DNA from: Fidelibacterota bacterium
GTDB lineage: Bacteria > Fidelibacterota > Marinisomatia > Marinisomatales > TCS56
DNA: 13,369 bases
Reading direction: 5' to 3'
Assembly: GCA_043822705.1 (NCBI GenBank)
Contig: JBDRBK010000150.1
Span: 1-13,369, forward strand
Part shown: one piece after another, positions 7,329-13,369 of the stretch
Position numbering within the stretch: the stretch's first letter is position 1
Layout of the letters: each line of letters begins with the position of its first letter
The notes under the pieces: generated by a model
What the model saw: the letters and a program-made list of their open reading frames with translations, nothing else
Told to the model about the DNA's origin: nothing
Databases searched by the model: none
Program-made: the position numbers and the translations under genes

Positions 7329-7358
7329 TCGGCTCGGATTTCACCGTCGGCGAGCCGA
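7329..7358 (-). terminator. GC-rich hairpin directly after the DUF502 stop, possible terminator
   Basis: TCGGCTCG (7329-7336) and CGAGCCGA (7351-7358) with a 14-nt loop. The T-rich tract follows only after a few bases. Confidence 0.45.
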
Positions 7359-7359
7359 A

Positions 7360-7992
7360 TTAAACAGTCTTGCCGCTATCGGCCGGACGATCTCCGCCAG
7401 TAAATATCGGTGTTTTTTTACCGGCCAGTGCGCCACCGGATATTACCGTCTTGAGACCTTCCTCCACATTCAGGGTCGATTCGATCGCGTCGCCCTTGGG
7501 TATGATCAGATAAAAACCGGACGTAGGATTGGGCGTAGTCGGCACGAACAGGTGATAAAATTCCTGTCCGGCCGGATTAGTGCTGTCGGCCGTGACAAAA
7601 GCGATCGTCCACAGGTTTTTCCGGGGATACTCGATATAAACGACCTTGCGGAAGGCGCGGCTGGAAGAACCGGAAAAGGCGGTGGTGATCTGTTTGATGG
7701 TGTTGTAAATCGGATTAATGATCGGCAGTGACGCCAGATATTTTTCACCCCAGGCGAACAGCCGTTTCCCCAACACATTGGTGGTGAAAATTCCCAGCAG
7801 GAATACCAAAGTGACCGATATGATAATTCCCAGACCCGGAATTTCGATCTGGTATTGTTTCAGAAAAGTCGCCGTCGGTTTGTCCAGCACGCGGAAGATC
7901 AGTCCGATGATATAGACCGTCAGCGCGATCGGAGCGGCGGCAAACAGTCCGGTCAGAAATATTTTACGGATGCTTTGCAGAAAATTATTCAT
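7360..7992 (-). CDS. DUF502 family membrane protein
   Basis: Two N-terminal hydrophobic segments, plus LPIINPIYNTIKQ, IEYPRK and the FVPTTPNPTSGF signature. Confidence 0.92.
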   Translation of the reverse strand: MNNFLQSIRKIFLTGLFAAAPIALTVYIIGLIFRVLDKPTATFLKQYQIEIPGLGIIISVTLVFLLGIFTTNVLGKRLFAWGEKYLASLPIINPIYNTIKQITTAFSGSSSRAFRKVVYIEYPRKNLWTIAFVTADSTNPAGQEFYHLFVPTTPNPTSGFYLIIPKGDAIESTLNVEEGLKTVISGGALAGKKTPIFTGGDRPADSGKTV

Positions 7993-8041
7993 ATTATTTC
8001 CAGAATTGGTGATCGAATAACTGTTGTCAGGTACGGCGCCG

Positions 8042-8539
8042 TCAGAACGGGAGTCCTTCCAGCCGCAGGAGCTGTGCTTTCATTTCCAAGCCGCCGGCGT
8101 AGCCGTTGAGGCGGCCGTCCCCAGCAAGAATCCGGTGGCAGGGAATTACGATCGGCAGCGGATTGGCTGCATTGGCGCCGCCGACGGCGCGCACGGCCTT
8201 CGGACGTCCCAGTCGACGGGCGATCTCGCCGTAGGAAACTGTCGTACCATAGGGAACTTTGGCCACTTCAGCCAGAGCCAGCCGGAAGAAGGATGCCGTT
8301 TGTAAGTCCAGAGCCAGTTTAAAGGATCGCCGCGTTCCGGCAAAATATTCACCTAATTGGGCGATTTCCACTTGCAGCGCGGTCTGGTTTTCCGTCAGAC
8401 GCTCGCCTGGGAAATGGTGTGTAATGAACGGCTGCAGCCGTTCCGCGAGGCCCGGTAACGCCAGGTAGCACAGTCCGGCCGTGCTGCGGGCCAGGGTAAT
8501 TCGTCCGATCGGCGATTCGATTTCAGTATAAGCAATCAT
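8042..8539 (-). CDS. ogt: Methylated-DNA--protein-cysteine S-methyltransferase
   Basis: SPIG, VPYGTTVSYGEIA, AVRAVGGA and the active-site IPCHR motif; AAGGAGG RBS. Confidence 0.95.
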   Translation of the reverse strand: MIAYTEIESPIGRITLARSTAGLCYLALPGLAERLQPFITHHFPGERLTENQTALQVEIAQLGEYFAGTRRSFKLALDLQTASFFRLALAEVAKVPYGTTVSYGEIARRLGRPKAVRAVGGANAANPLPIVIPCHRILAGDGRLNGYAGGLEMKAQLLRLEGLPF

Positions 8540-8586
8540 GTTTCCTCCTTAACGCTGCCCGAGTTTACCAGTCACTGGCAATATGA

Positions 8587-9462
8587 CTAAACAATATTTT
8601 GCTCATAGGCATACCACAGGTAGAAAGTCAGAATACCGCGATAAGGTTCCCAGAGCTGCGACATTTGCCGGGCTTCCTGTTCCTTGGGTCGTTGCTCCAG
8701 ACCATAGATTTTCTGCAGGACATTCAACAGACCGATATCGGCGGCCGGAAACATATTCAGGCGGTTAAAACTGATCAGGGCCACGTATTCCGCCGTCCAG
8801 CGGCCGACACCGTATACGGATTGCAGCGCGGTCAGCAGATCGTAGTCGGTGAAGGTTTCCCAGTTGTCCGGATTAAGACTGCCGTCTGTGATGGCGCGGG
8901 CCAGGAGAATGATAAAACGACTCTTGTTGCCGGTGAACTGCAATGGCCGCAGCGCCAGTTCTTCAAGAGCGGCCAGAGCGCCGGGACGGGGAAACTCAAA
9001 TAATTCCATTCCATCGACGATCTGGCATTGGCCGAATTCCCTGATCAACCTGGTTTTCAGAGTGGCGGCAAAGGCCAGATTGACCTGCTGGTCGATAATC
9101 GCCGTGACCAGCGCTTCGAAACGATTATCTTTCTGGAAAACCCGCAACCCGGTCAGTCGCCGGATCACGGGGGACAGAACCGGATCGGCGTCAAAATGCC
9201 GGTAGAATGAATCCAGATCCTGGTTCAGGCCGAAGCGCCTGGTCAGTAGTTCCCGAAGCGGACCGGCGGGAGTGGAATCGGTCGTGGTGACTTCCAGTAC
9301 CGATCGCCGGGAATTGTGGATAATGGCTACCGGTGCACCATAGATGATCGAAAAATAGGTTTTCTCCCGCAGGCATTCGCTCAGACCGAAGGGCTGCCGG
9401 GTGGTGTCCTGGAGCGTCTGATAAAACAGGAAATCCGGCGGAACGGCTAATTCAAATTCCAT
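8587..9462 (-). CDS. alkA: DNA-3-methyladenine glycosylase II family (HhH-GPD, AlkA-like)
   Basis: FEALVTAIIDQQV, FPRP, the HhH motif VYGVGRWTAE, catalytic Asp in FPAADIG, and WEPYRG. Confidence 0.88.
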   Translation of the reverse strand: MEFELAVPPDFLFYQTLQDTTRQPFGLSECLREKTYFSIIYGAPVAIIHNSRRSVLEVTTTDSTPAGPLRELLTRRFGLNQDLDSFYRHFDADPVLSPVIRRLTGLRVFQKDNRFEALVTAIIDQQVNLAFAATLKTRLIREFGQCQIVDGMELFEFPRPGALAALEELALRPLQFTGNKSRFIILLARAITDGSLNPDNWETFTDYDLLTALQSVYGVGRWTAEYVALISFNRLNMFPAADIGLLNVLQKIYGLEQRPKEQEARQMSQLWEPYRGILTFYLWYAYEQNIV

Positions 9463-10342
9463 TTTGAATCGGTTTCCGGCGCCGGTTCATTATCAGAATG
9501 CCGGTCAGAACCAGCAATGCGCCCAGGCCGGTCACCGAAGTCAGTTTCTCCCCCAGAACCAGCCATCCGATGATCGTTGCCACTACCGGCGGAAAAAAGG
9601 CGATGTAGGAGATCAGCGTGATCGACAACCGGGAAAACAGCCAGACATAAATTACCCACGCGAGAACCGTGCCAAAAATTGTCAGGTAAGCCAGGGCGAA
9701 TAAATTGGTGAAATCCATGGTCATTGTGCGGCCGCCCTCGAAGAGAACTGAAAGCGTCAGGATCACGATTCCGGCCAGGGTCTGGCTGACCGCATTCATC
9801 GGGATCGGTTTGACGGCGCCCTGGTGACGTTTCAGGTAGACATTGGGCCAGGCCGCCAGCAGCACCGCCAGCGATACGGTCAGAATGCCGGCCAGCACAT
9901 TGTCGCCGCCGAGATTGCCGCTGTCGCTGATGATCAGCAGTACGCCTGACATTCCGATAATAATGCTGATTATTTTACGGGGATTCAACCGCTCATCCGG
10001 CAGGGTGAAATGAGCCAGCAGGGTCACGATCAGCGGAAAGCCGGCCCAGATAATGGCCGACAGATTGGAATAAATATACTGGGTCGCCCAGTAACTCAGG
10101 GCGTAGCTGATGCCGAAATTGAATCCGCCGAACAGCAGGTAGATCATGATTGAGGTGCGGTCGAAGGTCGGATAGTCCTTTTTCCAGAAAACGATCCCCC
10201 AGAGAATCAGTCCCGCCGACAGGAACCGCAGGCCGGCGCCGAGAAACGGCGGTGTGCCCTCCAGGCTGATTTTAATGAAAAACCAGGTGGTGCCCCAGAC
10301 CAGGCACAGGAGAATATACAGGCTTATTACTTTGAGCTTCAC
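9452..10342 (-). CDS. EamA/DMT family transporter
   Basis: About ten hydrophobic segments in two repeats, with LVWGTTW, LRF, LPDERL and LVLGEKL motifs. GTG start. Confidence 0.93.
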   Translation of the reverse strand: MKLKVISLYILLCLVWGTTWFFIKISLEGTPPFLGAGLRFLSAGLILWGIVFWKKDYPTFDRTSIMIYLLFGGFNFGISYALSYWATQYIYSNLSAIIWAGFPLIVTLLAHFTLPDERLNPRKIISIIIGMSGVLLIISDSGNLGGDNVLAGILTVSLAVLLAAWPNVYLKRHQGAVKPIPMNAVSQTLAGIVILTLSVLFEGGRTMTMDFTNLFALAYLTIFGTVLAWVIYVWLFSRLSITLISYIAFFPPVVATIIGWLVLGEKLTSVTGLGALLVLTGILIMNRRRKPIQNGI

Positions 10343-10350
10343 TTCAGCAT

Positions 10351-10378
10351 ATAAAAAGCCCCGCCGTGACGGAGCTTT
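10351..10378 (-). terminator. Rho-independent terminator after secF
   Basis: The minus strand reads AAAGCTCCG-TCACGG-CGGGGCTTT-TTAT. The single mismatch is a G-U pair only on the minus strand. Confidence 0.8.
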
Positions 10379-10411
10379 CTATGTTAATGATGTTGGTAAT
10401 CCGGAAAATTA

Positions 10412-11353
10412 TTATTTCTTCTTGCCACCGCCGTACCGGTCATGGAGCATTAATAAGATCGGACTGGCGATGTAAATTGATGAATAGGTACCGACCACCA
10501 CGCCGATGATCATCGCGAAGGCGAAGGTGTGAATGACCTCGCCGCCCCAGATCCATAACACGAATACCACAACGAAAGTGGTAACGGAAGTGATGATTGT
10601 CCGGCTCAGGGATGAATTGATGCTGCGATTGATGATTTCTCCGTACGCGACACCGCGCATGCCTTTGATGTTTTCCCGGATGCGATCGAAGATTACGATC
10701 GTGTCATTCAGCGAATAACCGACAATGGTCATGAAAGCGGCGATCACCGGCAGCGATATCTCATAATTGAGGATCGAAAAAACACCCAGTGTGATCAGAA
10801 CGTCGTGGGTCAGGGCGGCGATGGCGCCCAGGGCGAATTTGAATTCGAAACGAACCGAAATGTACATCAGAATCATGATCAGCGCCGAAATGATCGACAG
10901 ATAGGCCTTGCCGCTGAGTTCGGCACCGATTTTGGGACCGACGGTTTCGATCGACAACATGAAATCCGGCTTGTTAGCCGGGACACGGCCCGGATAGGCA
11001 TTGTACAGAAAATCGACGATCTGCTGGTTCAAATTCTTCGGTTGATCCTCCAGGGCTGGAATTCTCAATGAGACGGTGGACAAATCACCGAAATGTTTGA
11101 TCTCATTGCGGCTGAAATCGTAGCTCTGGCCTTCGATGGTCACGGCGGACAGGGTGGAACGGATCTCGTTGATATCGATATCTTCGGTATACTGAACCGC
11201 GATCATCGAGCCGCCGTTGAAATCGATGCTGAGTCGCAGGCCGTTATGGAAAAAAATCGATAGTAATCCGGCCACAATCAGAATTCCCGATACGGTCAGG
11301 GCCAGCCGGGATTTGGCCATAAAATCTATCTTGGTTTCTTTGATCAGTCTCAT
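10412..11353 (-). CDS. secF: Protein translocase subunit SecF
   Basis: SIDFNGG, VGPKIGAEL, HDV, GYSLNDTIVIFDRIRE, SRTIITS and GTYSSIYIA; 4-bp ATGA overlap with secD. Confidence 0.98.
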   Translation of the reverse strand: MRLIKETKIDFMAKSRLALTVSGILIVAGLLSIFFHNGLRLSIDFNGGSMIAVQYTEDIDINEIRSTLSAVTIEGQSYDFSRNEIKHFGDLSTVSLRIPALEDQPKNLNQQIVDFLYNAYPGRVPANKPDFMLSIETVGPKIGAELSGKAYLSIISALIMILMYISVRFEFKFALGAIAALTHDVLITLGVFSILNYEISLPVIAAFMTIVGYSLNDTIVIFDRIRENIKGMRGVAYGEIINRSINSSLSRTIITSVTTFVVVFVLWIWGGEVIHTFAFAMIIGVVVGTYSSIYIASPILLMLHDRYGGGKKK

Positions 11354-13269
11354 ATGCTTAAGGTCTGTAATTGTTTGCGGGAAGTAATGGTGTTAAAAAT
11401 TGTACGCGTAACGAAAATCGCCGTAAACATACTGATCACGATACCCCAGAAGAGGACGGTGGCGAAACCACGAATCGGACCGGTACCAAACTGGTATAGT
11501 ACCAGGGCGGCGATCACGGTGGTGACATTGGCGTCGATAATCGTCGTCAGGGCGCGGGCGTAACCGGCGTCGATAGCGGCCCGGGGTGTTTTACCCTTGC
11601 GTAGTTCTTCGCGGATGCGCTCGAAAATAATAACGTTGGCGTCGATCGACATACCGACGGTCAGGATCAGACCGGCGATGCCGGGTAGGGTCAGGGCCGC
11701 TCCCAGCGAAGCCAGCACCGACAGGATCAGAATCACATTCCAGATCAAGGCGAAATCGGCGATAAAGCCGGCGGTTTTGTAGTAAAACAGCATGAATATC
11801 AGCACCACTATCAAACCGATGATTACCGACAGGGTGCCTTTGCGGATCGAATCGGCGCCCAGCGAGGGGCCGACAATTCTTTCCTCAATAATATTGACCG
11901 GGGCAGGCAGGGCGCCGGCCCGCAGGACGATGGCGATATCCTTGGCTTCGTTCATGTTGGCGAAACCGCGGATCAGGGTCGAGCCGCCGGCAATCCGGTC
12001 TTCGATCACTGGCGCCATCCGCACTTTATGGTCCAGCACGATCGCCACCCGTTTACCTATATTGGCGCCGGTAACCCGGGCCCAGGTGCGCTGGCCTTCA
12101 CTGTTCATATCCAGCAGAACAATGTTCTGCCCGGCGTTTTCACTGCCTTGGGAACCGATCGTGGCACGCGCTTCTTCGATCACACCACCGGTGATTTCCG
12201 ATTCACTCTCCAACTGGTACAGGCGGTAGAATTTTTCTTCCACACCATCGGCGGAGGTGTAAGTTTCCGGCGAATCATTGAACAGGAACTGGCTGTTGGT
12301 GACCGCCAGCCGGTCACGGACTTCCGGCATTTCCAGAATTTTCTTGACGGCATAATAATTTTTTTCGGGCACACCGATATCGCCGCCCAGATTACGCAGC
12401 AGAGAAGAAAAAGGCCGTTCGGCGAACAGACGGTCGTCGACCACCACCGAACTGCCGGTTTCGGCGTCGGTAGCGGCGGTCTCGGCCTCTCCGAATAATT
12501 CGTTGACCGAAATCGTTTTGTCTTCGCTGACGAATTCATCGACCGGCGCGCTGGCGGCGGCGGTGTCGCCTGTCGCTTCGACGATTTCTTCCAGTTCTTC
12601 GCTGCCTTTGAGAATCTTATCGATCCGGACCAGAAAATCCTGGGTGACTTCGGGATTCTTTACCAGCACGAATTCCAGCAGAGCGGTGCTCTGGAGCAGC
12701 TCGCGGGCCCGCTCCGGGTCCTGGATACCAGCCAGTTCGACGATAATACGCCGGTTACCCTGCTTCTGGATCGTCGGCTCCGAGACGCCGAACTGGTCGA
12801 CGCGGTTGCTGAGAATTTCCAGCACGCGGTTGAGCGCATCTGTAGCTTCTTCTTCGAGACCGTCGATGATATCCGCCGGGTTGGCGCCGTAATCGGGGTA
12901 ATAGCGTGGCAGGCGCAGGTCGGCCGCTTCCGCTTCCATACGGAACAGGGTAAAGAATTCCGTTTCCGGGTCCTGGATGGCTTCGCGCACTTTGTCGACG
13001 ACCGTTTCGAATTTCCGATCCTTATTGACCGCCAGATTGTTGATCAGGGTCGGCAGGTCGGCTTCGAGGACGATATGCATCCCGCCCTTCAGGTCGAGTC
13101 CCTGCTTGATGGTCTTGGACTCAATCGCCTTCAGTTCACCGGCTTCACGCAGGGTTTCTTTCTGGTCATCGGACATGGTTTCATAGCGCAGCGTCGGCCA
13201 CAGGGCGTACAGCGCCCAGGCCAATATCACGCCAACGATGATATATCGGGGAGTTAATTTCTTATTCAT
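11350..13269 (-). CDS. secD: Protein translocase subunit SecD
   Basis: GLDLKGG, RVDQFGVSEP, RIIVELAG, LRAGALPAP, VGPSLG, LTLPGIAG and DANVIIFERIREE. Confidence 0.98.
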   Translation of the reverse strand: MNKKLTPRYIIVGVILAWALYALWPTLRYETMSDDQKETLREAGELKAIESKTIKQGLDLKGGMHIVLEADLPTLINNLAVNKDRKFETVVDKVREAIQDPETEFFTLFRMEAEAADLRLPRYYPDYGANPADIIDGLEEEATDALNRVLEILSNRVDQFGVSEPTIQKQGNRRIIVELAGIQDPERARELLQSTALLEFVLVKNPEVTQDFLVRIDKILKGSEELEEIVEATGDTAAASAPVDEFVSEDKTISVNELFGEAETAATDAETGSSVVVDDRLFAERPFSSLLRNLGGDIGVPEKNYYAVKKILEMPEVRDRLAVTNSQFLFNDSPETYTSADGVEEKFYRLYQLESESEITGGVIEEARATIGSQGSENAGQNIVLLDMNSEGQRTWARVTGANIGKRVAIVLDHKVRMAPVIEDRIAGGSTLIRGFANMNEAKDIAIVLRAGALPAPVNIIEERIVGPSLGADSIRKGTLSVIIGLIVVLIFMLFYYKTAGFIADFALIWNVILILSVLASLGAALTLPGIAGLILTVGMSIDANVIIFERIREELRKGKTPRAAIDAGYARALTTIIDANVTTVIAALVLYQFGTGPIRGFATVLFWGIVISMFTAIFVTRTIFNTITSRKQLQTLSI

Positions 13270-13313
13270 AGACCGTTATTTAATTTTCAATAAAACAGAA
13301 ATTTCGAGACCGA

Positions 13314-13343
13314 AATATACCGCGTCTGTCTTTCTGCAGGCAA
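13314..13343 (-). promoter_or_regulatory. Candidate sigma70 promoter for secDF
   Basis: TTGCCT (13343-13338), an 18-bp spacer and TATATT (13319-13314), about 45 nt upstream of the secD ATG. Confidence 0.35.
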
Positions 13344-13369
13344 TTGCTTATTTTGGTTATTTGGTTCTC

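Noticed and set aside
3496..13257. Many antisense and alternative-frame ORFs of 60-200 aa over Omp85, plsY, the fak fusion, alkA, EamA and secDF
   Set aside because: Shadow ORFs expected from GC-rich codon usage. Each lies over a gene with clear family motifs.

Overview
Bacterial chromosomal window in two compositional parts. (1) Positions 1-~2140 are markedly AT-rich (by eye roughly 30% GC versus mid-50s% for the rest; not computed). They abut the 3' end of a tRNA-Arg(TCT) gene (2143-2216, minus strand) and look like the edge of a tRNA-integrated island. This part holds one convincing gene (875-1768: two tandem winged-helix-like repeats plus a restriction-endonuclease-like C-terminal domain), arm-site-like repeats next to the tRNA, and a long palindrome-rich non-coding stretch. 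(2) Positions ~2280-13369 are core genome. The plus strand carries an enoyl-CoA hydratase/isomerase, a monocistronic 74-aa basic protein built from a two-copy repeat, and a short single-POTRA Omp85 protein. The minus strand carries secD, secF, an EamA transporter, an alkA-type glycosylase, ogt, DUF502, a DAK2(FakA)-DegV(FakB) fusion and plsY. Omp85 indicates a diderm host; an FCB-group organism (possibly Marinimicrobia) is only an impression. The best leads are the island HTH-repeat nuclease with its duplicated leader motif, the small basic repeat protein (candidate nucleoid-associated protein) and the fused fatty acid kinase coupled to plsY. No integrase, CRISPR array or second att copy is visible in the window.
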